The translations under genes and the position numbers were made by a program. From Eledone cirrhosa (Eukaryota), in the NCBI GenBank assembly GCA_964016885.1, contig OZ024756.1:25048001-25112000 (forward strand): a DNA stretch of 64,000 nucleotides, written 5' to 3'. Below are positions 25,390 to 39,256 of this stretch, piece by piece. Within the stretch, counting starts at the first letter, position 1; each line of letters starts with the position of its first letter. The notes under the pieces were generated by a model. The model was not told the origin of the DNA. It did not search any database and saw only the letters and a program-made list of their open reading frames with translations.

Positions 25390-26775
25390 TTGCCATATAC
25401 TGTGGCTGCAATAATAATAGTTATGAAGCTGAATGTGTATTTTGTGTATTGGATCTTCAAACTCCAAAGATCCATAGGTATGTTCCTTCTCTTGAACCTT
25501 TTTTATTACGCTTACATCAAGTAGGTAACTGGTTTCTGCAATAGTGTTGTCCCAAACAATAATATCAGGCTGGTTGTGTTTTAATTTGGCAGTAGTTTTT
25601 ATTTTTAGGCTATCAGTCTCAATATATTTCTTCCTATTTATTAATACTTTCATCTTTCGTACAACATTCCAGTTAGCTACCACATCATTCCTCGTGGGAA
25701 GATAGTAACGAGAAGACATTTTTTCACATTTGGCAATAATGGGGTTAACAACTTCTGTCTTTGCTTTGCGCAGCCTACATTTATTGTCAACTGATGAGCT
25801 TCCTTTTTTGTGTAGTAGGAATACTTTGGATATTTCTTGTTCCTTAGAGTGCATGGAGGTATCCATCAAGGTGGGACGTTATAAACTTGTTGGAACTAGA
25901 TATCAAGCTTTTCGTGTGGTTTATCGTTACGTTTCAAGTACCCATGTATAACCTTCTCAGTGAATTGGTCTATTTTCTAAATTTTGTTTGAGCATTAAGT
26001 AAAGTCTTCGAATGTTTCTGGAAAAGAAATTTGTGTCAGGTTTTATTTCATGTTGGCCTTGTACTTAAATCAGAAACCGTTATTATTTTCATGCTCATAA
26101 ACTTGTGCAAGATGATTGCTGACCTTTTTCTTCTGTTGAAGACGTTGCTTCAGTGTTTCTAACCGTGTCTCCTATGATATTAATTTGGCTTTGAGGCCCC
26201 AGTCACTATCCTTTCCTGGGAAATATAGCCAATCCACGTCATCATTACAGTTTCAAGTAATACTGAGCAGCTTGCGACTCCTTACATCCATCTCGCTTAG
26301 TTATTTCAATGACAAGTTCAGCAGACCAAATGTTGGCGGTAGGATTGGCACAGCAAAAGTATTATGAACAATGTGTTTGTTGTACCCTGAGAGTTCTGGT
26401 TGCCACATTCTGTTTACTCTCCTGTCCAAAATACCTGTAGTTGTCAGCCGTTCAGTTTCTTTTTAATTTTAGATGGGGGCACAATGTTTCCACGATTTTT
26501 AAAATCAAAAATGCGCATTTGAACTCATCAAATTACATTCCAATATTCGTAGAAAATTGGGTAATGAGGTTTAATTGTTTTTGATGTTGTCAATATTTGG
26601 TCCATACATCTTCAGGTTATCGACAAAGAAAATATGGGAGATACTTCTGGATCCATTTCTATGGCCACTGTGATTGTATGTAGGTATGATAATGGGCTTA
26701 ATGAAATGACGTAGAGCAGCACTGACAAGCTATCACTCTACAAGATAACGTTTTGGTAGTCTATTGTATCAAATG
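25390..26775 (-). mobile_element. R4/Dong-like RLE non-LTR retrotransposon relic
   Basis: NKCRL...RYYLPTRNDVVA...HNQPDIIVWD, with a degenerate RT upstream. Confidence 0.75.
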
Positions 26776-26999
26776 TGTATGCATGTATGTATGCATGTAT
26801 GTATGCATGCATGCATGTATGTATGTATGCATGCATGCATGCATTCATGTATGTATGTATGTTTGTATGTATGTATGTATGAGATGACCCCTTAGCCTTT
26901 GTCAAGGCAGAATTCTATGCATGTATGCATGCATGCATGTATGTATGTATGCATGCATGCATTCATGTATGTATGTATGTTTGTATGTATGTATGTATG

Positions 27000-27401
27000 A
27001 GATGACCCCTTAGCCTTTGTCAAGGCAGAATTCTAGGAGAAGGAAAACTCTGATATAACACCTGCAACCCTGATGGTATCCAATGATGTTGACTTGTTCT
27101 TCTTTTTGGTAAATATCATCTTGGTTAAGAGAGTGGGACTGGCTTTGTGCAGTGCCTTTGCTCACTATAAAAGCTTCACGGCACAGGCATTGCTTTGTAT
27201 CTGGAGATCTCTCTGCACTTGTCGTCACGTGGTACCATGGGCCCAGCACTATGTGTCAATAATTGTCACAGGTGTAGTGTTTGTACCAGAGTTTTCAAGT
27301 CAATGGCTGGACTAAAAAGTCACACTCGTAGGGGTTCGGTAGGGGTTCTCCTACATGGATATAAAGTAGTGGCCGTACTCGAAAACGAGTTGGCAGCCAC
27401 C
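27000..27401 (+). mobile_element. Short non-autonomous LINE derivative ending in (ATGT)n
   Basis: Near-identical to about 41797-42180. Encodes the C2H2-like CSVCTRVFKSMAGLKSH. Confidence 0.7.
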
Positions 27402-27853
27402 ATGTATGTATGCATGCATGTATGTATGTATGTATGTATGTATGTATGTATGTATGTATGTATGTATGCATGTATGCATGCATGCATGCATTTATGTATG
27501 TATGTTTGTATGTATGTATGCATGCATTCATGTATGTATGTATGCATGTATGCATGTATGCATGTATGCATGTATGCATGCATGTATGCATGTATGTATG
27601 TATGTATGTATGTATGTATGTATGTATGTATGTATGTATGTATGTATGTTTGTATGTATATGTGCATGCATGCATGTATGTATGTTTGTATGTATGTATG
27701 TATGTATGTATGTATGTATGTATGTATGTATGTATGTATGTATGTTTGTATGTATGTATGCATGTATGAATGTTTTCTCTTTCTCTTAATTTCGAGTATA
27801 TTTTTTTGACCGGCCACCTTCCTGGTGGCAAGGTTGTAAAAGAAAAGAAATTG

Positions 27854-28700
27854 TCATCCCTTGAATCGCAAGAATGTTTTGCAAATTTTGAAGGTGCCAG
27901 CTATCGCAGCCATTTGTAGACTATGAATTAGGGAGCTGCGCTTTTTGTCCGCAAATCCAAGTTCAGTCATACTTTGGTCCAAGCGGGTTGGTATATAACC
28001 CGTAGCACCAATAATGATGGGTATGAAGCTAAAGGTGTATCTTGGATACTGGATTTGTAAACTCCTCATCAATGGTCCGTAGATGTCCTCCTTCTCCTGT
28101 ATTTTTCTGACAACGTTTACATCAAGTGGGCAGCTGATCTCCACAACAGAACATGTTTTCAATGTGTGGTCCCAAACTACAATATCAGGCCGGTTGTGCT
28201 TTAATTTGGTGGCAGTTTTTATTTTCAGGTTCCACCAGTATTCCTTAGTGCCATCTGTCTCAATATATTCTTCCTCGTTTGTTGTTAATTTTGTTTTCCG
28301 AAGTGCGTTCCAGATGATTCTAGCTATCCCATCGTGTCTCATGGGGAGGTAATAGCGAGATGACATTCTTTCGTAGCTGGCAACAATGTGGCTTACATCC
28401 TCGATCTTTGTTTTACATACCTACATTTATTGTCAGCTGCTGGCCCTCCTCTTTTGTGCAGCAGATATTTGGTAGGGAGTTCTTGTTCCTGTATTGCATA
28501 GAGATATCCCTCAAGGTGTGATGTCATAAACTTGTCGGAACTCCATGCCAGGCTTTTTGAGTGGTTTATCCCCTCTATGGTCTGTGTTTTACGCCTCAAG
28601 TATCCATGCACAACTTTTTCTGTAAATTGGTCAATTTTTTTTATCTTGTTTGAACATTGAATAGGATCTTCCGATTTCTCTGGGTGAGAGATTTATATCA
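27854..28700 (-). mobile_element. R4/Dong-like RLE retrotransposon 3' end
   Basis: RHDGIARII..HNRPDIVVWD..VEISCP..PIIIGATG endonuclease. Embedded in (TGTA)n. Confidence 0.85.
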
Positions 28701-29962
28701 GGCTTTGTATGTATGTATGTATGTATGTATGTATGCATGCATGTATGTATGTATGTATGTATGTATGTTTGTATGTATGTATATATGTATGCATGTATGT
28801 GATTTTGAACACCCTGCAGGACAAAAAACAAAACCTGACAAAGGGCGGAAGAACTCATAAGAGTCAACAGCCATCCGAAAGTGTGTAAATATGTATATAC
28901 ACATGTACATATGTATGTATATGTATATGTGTATATACATAAGTGCATGTGTATGTATATGCGCGGGGACATAGAAATAGTCGGGCTGGACACCCGATCG
29001 CGCGGTTAAACCACTGGGAGTGAAGGACCCCTAGCCTTTGTCATGGCATTCTTCTAGGAGAAGGCAACTCAGGAAACTGGGATAACTCCGATATAAAACC
29101 TGCGGCTCAGTAGTTACCGATGATGTTGATCTTTTCTTCTTTTCGGGTTATAGCTACTGTCGCTCAGCGAGTGGGATTGGCTCAGTGCACAGTCTCTCCT
29201 CACTTTAAAAAATATCTTCATGCACAGGCATTGCACCATAGAATTAATTAATAATTATTAATAATGGTATATCGTGCAATGGCCATACTCGATAACGAGG
29301 GGGCAGCCATCATCACCATGTATGTATGCATTCATGCATGTATGTATGTATGTATGTAAGTTTGTATGTATGTATGTATGTATGTATGTATATATGTGTG
29401 CGTGTGTGTGTGTATGTAAGTTGAATTCTTCAAATGCATTCATGCTTATATATATTCGGCCAGCCGAATGTACACATAGAAACACACACACTACTACTAC
29501 TACTACATTCATGCAAACCAACCACACAAGCATAACACACAATTCACTCGGTTCTTTATTGTTTTCTTGTTTTATCAATTATAGCTTCGATGTAAGCTAT
29601 TTTCTTAATAAAAATTCTTTAAGTAGCGATCATATTTTCTTTGTTCATTCATCGGTATTTCACACCGGAACAAATTTTATCTTATGCATATAATCACCCA
29701 GCAACCTAACATCTTTATTACTATAACCTCTGCCACCCTCAAATGAACAACAAACTCAAACCAATTCCTTCCATCGCTACATCTACTCGACATTCTATCT
29801 CTACAACCAAAAATCAACTTCGCTACATTTCCTATTTGCTACACACATACACTTTATACATAACGAGAGTGAGTTGGGGGCGAGGAAGAGAGAGAAAGAG
29901 ATTGTATGTGTTGTGTGTGTTTCAAGACTTATAAATTAGTTAGTATGCGGGCAACCGAGTTG

Positions 29963-30352
29963 TCATATTTCTGTGTCGGGATACTGCTGTGAGGTATTTA
30001 TCTGTGGGGAACAGTTTCTGGAGCAGTATATGTGATGTGTGTGGTCTGACAGATCTTTTGTCGTGTTATATTTGTTACAGAACATCCGTACGACTTGTTG
30101 GCGAAATTTATGTCCCATGGTACAGTACAATATAAAATTCATGGAGTGGTTGAGATACATCATCAATTCGGCAATTGTTTTGGTCAGATGATATTTCGCT
30201 GCCGAAGCCAAATCTCGAGACTTGCTGAGGTTCCAGAAACGGGCGAGAATTAAGCTGACTGCCAGCGGAAGTGTTGTCAACAGCAACATGAAGGAGAGCG
30301 TGAGCAGCATCAGAGTTAGCTTCCGGTTACTGTCGGTGTGACAGCGCCGGAC
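29963..30352 (-). CDS. Class A peptide GPCR (FMRFamide/TRH/GPR139-like orphan group), last exon (TM6-TM7, C-tail)
   Basis: Acceptor TTTCAG at 30353. Motifs LTLMLL..LLLTTLP and YLNHSMNFILYCTMGHKFR. Phase 0 join to the previous exon. Confidence 0.9.
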   Translation of the reverse strand, partial: VRRCHTDSNRKLTLMLLTLSFMLLLTTLPLAVSLILARFWNLSKSRDLASAAKYHLTKTIAELMMYLNHSMNFILYCTMGHKFRQQVVRMFCNKYNTTKDLSDHTHHIYCSRNCSPQINTSQQYPDTEI

Positions 30353-30719
30353 CTGAAATAGAAGAAATAACACAAAATCAGTGGCGGACTGGCCAGGTTG
30401 CCAGGTTGCCCAATGGCAAGTGGGCCCAGGGGACCCACGGTAGCATTGCAAAAGCCCACTGTAGTATTTTAGGGACCAATGCTTTGCTTTCAAAAAATAT
30501 CTTAAAAAATAAGTCTAAGAGAAAGAATAAAAATGTTTAAAAAATAAATAAACAAATCACTGGTTGTCTAGCTTACTGTATTTATTCATGCATGCATACA
30601 TACATGGACACACATACATACATACACGCATATTAACCTGATTGTATTTTCGTTTTGGTGGCTTCTGTGGCTTTCTCTCTTTAACCACAGTTTTCAACTT
30701 ATCACTCCTTTTAACGTAT

Positions 30720-30880
<161 letters not shown>

Positions 30881-31030
30881 AGTTAAAACAATGAAATAAA
30901 AAATCAAGTCATTAGAGATATACTTCACTGCTTTATTGTTTTCCGGGATTTATCTTAACCTACAACATTTTCAACATATGGAGTACATTGAGTTCTTCAT
31001 GCAAAATAGACCCCACAACTTACCGTGGAT

Positions 31031-31080
<50 letters not shown>

Positions 31081-31376
31081 ATAATAATAAATTTGAAGAC
31101 TAAAATCCAAAGAGGGCTCGATAAGGACAAATATATATCAGATATATAAGAACCGTAGAGCAAATATTTATTAAAATAACAGATTAAAGTTCTTTGCCAG
31201 GGAACGTTTCCACGAACCAAAGTATCGTCTTCCTGTCTTCCTTCGGTTGCAACGTTTTTTGAAATATTTACTTCTGCGTTCACAGATTGACTTTTTTAGT
31301 TTCAGAAGATCCCGTTAAGGGTGAAAGCAACGATTCTTTGCTTAAACTTTAATCTGTTATTTTAATAAATAAATAA

Positions 31377-31450
<74 letters not shown>

Positions 31451-31629
31451 GGTGAAGCTTCTATTTCTATTTCAGAGACAACTCCATACCTGGTTTTGTA
31501 TTATTCCACACATTTACCGAATTGGTGACGAATGAATAGCTGAGTAAATGTGCAGTGTTGAATATTTTAATATCCAAATAAAGTAATTTATATTAATGTA
31601 ATATTTCACCAGTGCCACGAGCAAGAAAA

Positions 31630-32271
31630 ATAATTGTTATGTTCCTATCAACATAAACCACTGTCACTACTCTGTGTATATGTGTATATAGTGTATGTCG
31701 GTGTTCATGTATGTATGTATGTATATTCTTACTATATATATATATGAATGTATATATAGTGTATTTTGCAATACACTGTATGCTTAATTAAAAGCATTTC
31801 GAAGACCTTACGCTATTGTTTTAGAGTAGTGAGTCTCACTTACTTTAATTTTCAGAAAACAAGGGGAGATAAAGCTCTGTTTCGCACTTTTTGGTGCTTA
31901 TCAAAGCTAAGTACTCCGCTATTTCAGTACTATCGCTATTTCAGAGCACCAATTCTAATTTTCAATTTCTGCTTGACCGGCAACCGCTCTGTATAACCAG
32001 TACCTGACTATTACTAGAATTCTATAAGAATCAAACATTCATGATTTTCAGCAAACAGGCGGAGTACTTAGCTTTGATAAGCACCAAAAAGTGCGAAACA
32101 GAGCTCTGTCAGCTTTATCTCCTCTGTTTGCTGACAATTAAAGTAAGTGAGACTGTCACTACTCTAAAACAATAGCGTAAGGTCTTCGAAATGCTTTTAA
32201 TTAAGCATACAGTGTATTGCAAAATACACTATATATTCATTCATATATATATCGCTATTTCAGAGCACCAA

Positions 32272-32345
<74 letters not shown>

Positions 32346-32465
32346 ATACATATATGAACACCCATATACACTATATACACATATACACAGAGTAGTGACA
32401 GTGATTTATGTCCTATCTATAAATCACTGGATTTAGCGTATATGTTGACAGGAACATAACAATTG
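31630..32465. mobile_element. Nested inverted-repeat elements in the GPCR intron, with an HHR
   Basis: Inner arms at about 31740-31919 and 32059-32250; outer arms at about 31632-31712 and 32350-32465. Confidence 0.8.
32070..32114 (+). ncRNA. Minimal type I HHR with U3-A8 core variant
   Basis: AGCT-TTGATAA-GCAC caaaaa GTGC-GAAAC-AGAGCTCT-GTC-AGCT. All three stems pair and the cleavage triplet is GUC. Confidence 0.75.
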
Positions 32466-32473
32466 TTTTTTAA

Positions 32474-32545
<72 letters not shown>

Positions 32546-32943
32546 GGTAAAACGTATTGTATGGGACATTATATAATTACTGTTGCTGATGTTTAAATGA
32601 AAGAAGAAACCCAGACAGTAGAGTTTTTAAGTTAGCTAAACCATTGATCTTTCGTAATATATCCCATTATTCCTGATATTTGTGCATCAATATGTCCTTT
32701 CAGAACGTAAAATAATAACAACAAAGAAAAATTTATCATTTCGGAAACTTTTGATGTCTTCAGATTCCATAATGATTAATTTTCGTTTGCTATTTTCTGC
32801 TATCTAAAAGCGAACTTACAATAAAAGGACATCTAAGGCGGCATAATGATCAATTTTTCTTTTTCTTTTAAGCGCTTCGAAAAAGGGTAATCTAATGCCG
32901 AAATATCGGTTTCTAAAGTTTCTTCGTGTTATTACAGAATATC

Positions 32944-32991
<48 letters not shown>

Positions 32992-33156
32992 GTGTGTGTA
33001 TGTATCTAAATGTATTCATATGCACACTCACAAACACACGCATACACACACACACGCACACATTCATATATGCATACATACATAATCGCAAACATATATA
33101 TTATGTGACTATATAACAGAATGTATGTAAGTAGATTTACTTGGGGTTTTACTTAC

Positions 33157-33973
33157 TTGTAACAAATTACTTTGCGCGCTCTGCATTTTTATTGTCCCAC
33201 GACTGAGAGCAACAATGCGACGGATGATCAATGTGTTAAGCGACAGGATAGTGGCGAACGGGACGAAACAGTAAAGGAAAGCGTCCACCCATGGCCACAT
33301 TACCGTCACTAAATAATGGAAATTTTTCCGACTGCTACAATAATAGCTGACTTTATTGCCAATATTTTTTTCATTGAGCGACACTGTCCAAAAGAAGTGA
33401 ATGTTGATGGCAACGAACAAAAGCAATAGGCCGCAAACTACCCATTTCGCTCTTTGTACAGTACAAAAGTTGTTTACTTTTCGAGGATGGCAGACGACAA
33501 TATATCGCTCGATGGTGACTGCAATGATTAACCAAACGGAGAAATCACTGGAGACATAACCACAGAAAACAACTAGTTTGCAAAGCCATGACGTTTGGTT
33601 TCGTATATCCATTCCTGTCAGTTCGCTAATCCAGAGTCTAAGCAGGCCAATATAGAGTACAACTGAATCAGCAATGGCCAAATTGATTAGATATACATAA
33701 GCTGTCATTCTTATTATCGATCTCTGTCTCATTACGAAAACAGAAAATATATTACCGAATGTTCCGAGAACGAGTAATAATGGAGACACGTAAAGCAGTA
33801 AAATTTTGTGAAGGCGATATTCCGGGTAGGAATACAATGTCTTCTTATCTTTGAAAAGACGTCGTAATAATTCTCTTTCTTTCGGTTGGAGCTGATCAAA
33901 GATTGCTGTCATATCCGAAATGTTATTGAGAGCGATGTTACGAATTAAGGAATAATTTCCCTCCATGGAGAAT
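33157..33973 (-). CDS. Class A peptide GPCR, main exon (TM1-TM5)
   Basis: GTFGN, NLAIAD, TIERYIVVCHP, W.WVD..Y..VP motifs. Donor GTAAGT at 33156 and acceptor CTTTCTATCAG at 33974. ATG at 33966. Confidence 0.92.
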
Positions 33974-34269
33974 CTGATAGAAAGGAAAGAAAGAATAAAG
34001 AATAAATGTGTATAAGAATCCTAAAAATATAAACAAACGAACAATAAAACCAATATGGAATCCTAGATATATTGGCTTGGAAGGAAAAATAATGCCATTT
34101 TTAATCAGTTGACAAAACGTAGCTAGAAATTAATATCTTACTAAATATATATTCGGAATAATAATTAGTTTGGCACTCTTCTCAGAAATAAGGTGTTGAT
34201 ATCTCGTGCATATATTTTCTTTACGCTTCGTTAAAGAATGAAAGAAAGCATCGTGACCTTTGATTTACT

Positions 34270-34441
34270 TTTGGCACCAGGCCAGCAATTATCCCAGTGC
34301 ATTACTGGTACTTTATTTTATCGACCCCGTAAGGATGAAAGGCAAAGTTAACCTCGGCGGGATTTGAACTCAGATCATAAAGGGAGGTAACTCTATGCTT
34401 CAAAGCATGGCGCCCGACCCTCTACCGATACTGCCAATCCT
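34270..34441 (-). mobile_element. tRNA-derived SINE
   Basis: Reverse complement of the family at 4858. Confidence 0.85.
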
Positions 34442-34771
34442 CCTCCTTCTCATTGGTCTTCCATTTGTCTTTCCATTACTGATATTATCTGTCAGTCACA
34501 CCATCTAGTATAAGAAAGGAGTTGATCATCAAATCAGACAAAGGAAACAATGTTTTTATTAGTCTTTTCATTGCTGATACTATCTGTCAGTCTTGTACTA
34601 TCTGTCAGTTTTGCACACTGTTGGCAGAAGAAATGAGCTGATCTTCAAATCGGGTCAAAGAAACTATGTTTTCATAAGTCTCTTCCTTGTTTGTCGGTCG
34701 CAACTCTTGGTAGGACAGAGAAGTAGCCAATTATTAGATTAGCTGAAGGAAACTGTTTCCATTTATCTTTC

Positions 34772-35600
34772 TGTAGTGACCTACATTCCGCGGGCTCACA
34801 TACATTCTCTGTGCGTGATTTGGCTCAGCTCAGCCAATCAACGCCAGTAGAAGAGGATGTATCCCTACGCGCCCTGAGGGAGAAATTCCCCGCGAAGATT
34901 TGAAGAATCTCTCTCTCGCACACGGAACTTCGAACCAGCAACACGTACAACATGTGACGGTGAGATGTTGCACTTTGGCCTGCCGGCTTTCCGGCACAAT
35001 GGCTCATTCCCTTTTGTAACCTCATTTTATGTGTAACTTCAACCATACAAGTTAACAAACATTATTTGTGCTTCAACAAAAATAAACATACATTTCATCT
35101 CTAATTTCTGCTGTTGACATCATTATTATGTTACTCGTGTCTCAATAACATTTATATACTATGCTGCTAAAAGTGGTGACCCCGACGTGATGAATATTTT
35201 CAGTTCAAAATATTCCTTTTGAAATGAGATTAAAATTGGCAGTGTATGTATATAAAAAAAAAAAAATTTACGCCACGAGGAAATTTCAAAACGGCTACCA
35301 CCAAGTACTTCTCTACTATCAGCCATCAGCAGCAACACATGGCTAACTACTAACCAACACCAGGGAATGGCGATGTGGCAGCTTGTAACTTTACCGACGC
35401 AACCACCATACCTTCTGTCTCGTTACCACAAGGACTCGAGAAATTAAGACATCACTCTTCTCACCACTATGGCGTCAGACGTGGCTGCCATATTGGTGAC
35501 TCTAGTTTCTTCAACGCTCGACGTCGACTCTACAGAAGATTCATTGTGACTTTGCTTTAACAACAACAACAACTCTACTAGCTCCCTAGTAAGAGCGATC
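34772..35600 (+). mobile_element. LTR retrotransposon relic: 5' LTR (~400 bp), tRNA-Trp PBS and decayed internal region
   Basis: Begins TGTAG. TGGTGACCCCGACGTGAT (35174-35191) is complementary to the tRNA-Trp 3' end. No 3' LTR seen. Confidence 0.7.
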
Positions 35601-36241
35601 CCAAAGAAATTTCAAAGAAAAGAAAAGCGAACTTTTTGTTAAAAGAAAAGAAACAATTCTTTCTTTCTTCCTTTTTTTTTCAGGCATTTATTTTGGACAT
35701 TTATTTTTTTTAAACTGTATTATATGGAAATTCATTTTTTTCTATCATCGTATATATGACTGCATCATTTTCTTTATCATTGTATATATGACTGCACCCA
35801 TACATTTATTTGCTGTATTACAGGCCTGCATATGCACACATTTCTTTGTCACCCACCAACATGTTGTTGTTCTTAGTATATGTTCTTCAAACGTAGTATT
35901 CTGTGAGATCCCTTTTCACCTGGTTGAGGTGCCGTCACATGCTAGCGACTCATAGAGCTTAATTCACCTGGATTCAAACAGGCACCGCAACACGAGAATG
36001 CTAATTGCAGCTGAACTCAAACAGTTTCGCATCTCGTTGCACACTCATCGTCCATAACAACCTCCATCTTGTTACCTTACCCGACTCACTGGGAAAACAA
36101 CAAATAGAACTGGACTTGTCAGCATTTCCTTGTCGGTCGCAACTCTTGGTAGGACAGAGAAGTAGCCAATTATTAGATTAGCTGAAGGAAACTATGTTTC
36201 CATTTATCTTTCTATTGCTGATACTATGTGCCGGTCACAAC

Positions 36242-38249
36242 CAGAGCTGCCGAAACGTTTTTCTCAATAATACCGGAAACTTTGTTTAATAAGTACCAAA
36301 ATATACAAAAACGTACCAAATCCAATTCCCCCCTCCCACACACCTCCCACCTCCTAACACTCCATCCTTCACTAGCTACGTGCCCCACCCTAAACCAACC
36401 TCTCCAATCCCTACCCTACATATATGCACCTCCCCAATCCCAGTCTCCAGTCCACATTGTAAATGTGGTTGGCGTTAGGAAGGGCATCCAGCTGCAGAAA
36501 CCAAGCCAGAAACAGTTCTGTATCAACAAGACACAGTCATCTGATCTGACTTGTCTCACAATGTGACAACTTGTTCAAACCATGATAATGTGGAAAAAAT
36601 GGACGTTAAACAGTGATGATAAGGATAATGAAACCCCACAAATGTTTAAAAAAGAAAATGTTTTACATTTACTTTATACATTTTAATTAAAAAGAAATGT
36701 CTTCTTCCACACTTTTCTTGCTGTAGTTTCTTTCTTAGAGTTTGGGAAAAAGTTGCTGTTGTCGATGCCACTTAGTGCAGTCAATATTTTGCAGCAGAGA
36801 ATTTGATCTTTGCACAGTATTTAATGTTGATGTTTTTAAAGCATTGCTAGTTTTTGTTTTTATGTTAAGAAGAGAAAAATCTCTTTCTACAGCTACTGAA
36901 GAATGTGGCAATGAAAGAAGTTGCATCATGAATTTAGATAGTAACGGAGAGAGATATATGCGACCACATATTTTTGGAGAAACAAAAACCAGTATTTCTC
37001 AGGCTCATTTTGTGCATTAAGAGATGCATCTTGCAGAGTGGATTCCCTCCATTCTCTATTTATTTGTTGATATTCGTTTTCCTGCACAAAGCTGGAAAAT
37101 TTCATTGTCAGTAGTATGATCGATTTTGGTGTACCTTTAATAACATTGGTCAGGTCCAAAGCTGTTAGAACAATGTCCATTGTTTCATCTACAATTAGGG
37201 AGAACTGCTGAATTTAGCTTAGACAATAAATCATTGAAAGCATGGGGACCGATCACATTTAGTTCTTGCGCACTTGATGTATTTGGCGATTTTTGAATCA
37301 GAGCACACGTTGGCAATAAAACTAGGTAAATGATCTCAAATAGCAATGAGTAGGTTGTGTTCAGCAATAAATCCGCACAGTTTCAGCTCAGCTGATGCTA
37401 TTTTCGTTAAGTGAGCAGAACATTGAGCAGGCTTTTTGAAATCTGTCACCTTCACTGTTTGTTTCGCTACTTTTGGATTCTTTGGTGTTTTTCTGTTCCT
37501 TTATCATTTGATGTAAGTTGCTGGCTAACTTACAATTACACGATTTACAGTAGCCTTTATTTGCGTTCTTTTTATTCAATTCCCGCCAAGATGAAAATTT
37601 TAAATCTTTTTATAATTCTGATGGAACCTTTCTTTCATAGAAAGTAGATTTCAGTTTTTTTTCTTCTGGAGAGTGTCATTTTTGTTACTATCAGAATGAT
37701 ATTATATACGTACATATTTTCGTCACCTGTTGGGTTCAAAATATTTCTGAAAAAAGCAAAACAGTTCAGATACTGAAAGATGACACCACCAAAGCATACT
37801 GTTCACTGTAACACAACTGCTTAAACTGATCTGATACGGTTGTCTTCCAAGAATTCGTCTTAATCCATCTATATCTAGAAGAACTTACGTATTGTCAGCG
37901 GAAATCATTCAAGTAAAACGTCCACTGATCGATTGTGAGCGAATAGTGCCTTATTATTGGCTACCAGGATAATAAGATGTTTAGCTACATATTTGAAACA
38001 ATACACAGAAGAGTATTGATGTCTGTAAGTAAGATCTGATGGACAAATATATTTAATGGATAGCTTCTCAATGTAAAGGTTGTTTTAGCTGAGGAATGAT
38101 AAATCCTTAAATAGTTATTTTAGAATATCAATTAAGCCAAATTCGTAAAGCAAGTACAATCTGTAAAACGTACCAAAAAATCCGGACGTGGTACTAAACG
38201 TACAGAAAAATCGAATTACAGGCAAATAGTACCAGCTTTGGCAGCGCTG
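36242..38249 (-). mobile_element. hAT DNA transposon with a decayed transposase
   Basis: Imperfect TIRs CAGAGCTGCC/GGCAGCGCTG and an 8-bp TSD GTCACAAC (36234-36241, 38250-38257). hATC motif LPHSSVAVERDFS and a BED-like YCKSCNC. Confidence 0.9.
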
Positions 38250-38554
38250 GTCACAACTTCTGGCAGACAGTAGTAATTAAATTACAAATAAAACTTAAGA
38301 AAAGGAAAATGACTTACAAGATTAAACGTAAACTTGCTAAAATAGACAGAATACAAATGTTATGCGGAAATATGAAACTGGCATGAATGTTTACACAATG
38401 AGCAATAAATATAGGAATACTATAATAGTATAATAAAGAAGAAAAAGAAATTATCAAAGAAGCCAAGTTGAACATAATTAAAACTTGCATGCAAACATCA
38501 TTAAATAAAAAAAAATAGAAATAAAAATAAAAATTATTTCTTTATAGCTACATG

Positions 38555-38970
38555 GGGTTGACATTAAGCAAACAATAAAGATGGCAAAGGACGATACAGT
38601 GTAGATTTTTGTGCGTAAAAAAAGTAATAATGAAAACTAAAAAAATAAACATTTAAAAAATCTAACAAAACAAATCATGGAGAAGGCCCACAAAAACCCA
38701 CCGCCATCCTGACCGTTAGGGCAAGTGCCCCCTCCCAGTTGTCTTCTACAAGTGTATACTCAGAGTCGGCCCATTAATTCAGACCATGCCTCTCTCACCC
38801 ATCATTCATCAAACTGGTTGAAAGGCAGCATTTCCCCCTCCACCCTCATTTTCTTCTTCAAATGAAACCTGAAAAAATTAATCAGGGCTTCGCCCGAAAG
38901 GAAAGTCCTTGCCTTCAACCCTTTCAAACGACTGAAGGGAGGAAATAACATAGCCCGGGGAAGGAAGAAG
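38555..38970 (-). mobile_element. 3' end of an L1/Tx1-like LINE
   Basis: LKGLKARTFLSGEALINFFRFHL..., homologous to 48775-49330 and about 4395-4850. Confidence 0.55.
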
Positions 38971-39156
38971 TTAAAAAGAAAGAAAGAAATAGATGACGGA
39001 TGACATCTGAAAGAAAAGAAAGAAAAAAAGTAATACAAAAATAAAGATCAATATATTGTAACAGCTTAAATAAAGAAATCTATTATGTTCTGAAAATGTA
39101 GAAAAGCAAAACATAATTATAATAATTGGAGGAATGAATAAATAAATAAATAAATA

Positions 39157-39256
<100 letters not shown>

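Noticed and set aside
30353-30493. N-terminal part of the 176-aa ORF as coding
   Set aside because: It lies upstream of the splice acceptor and is intronic.
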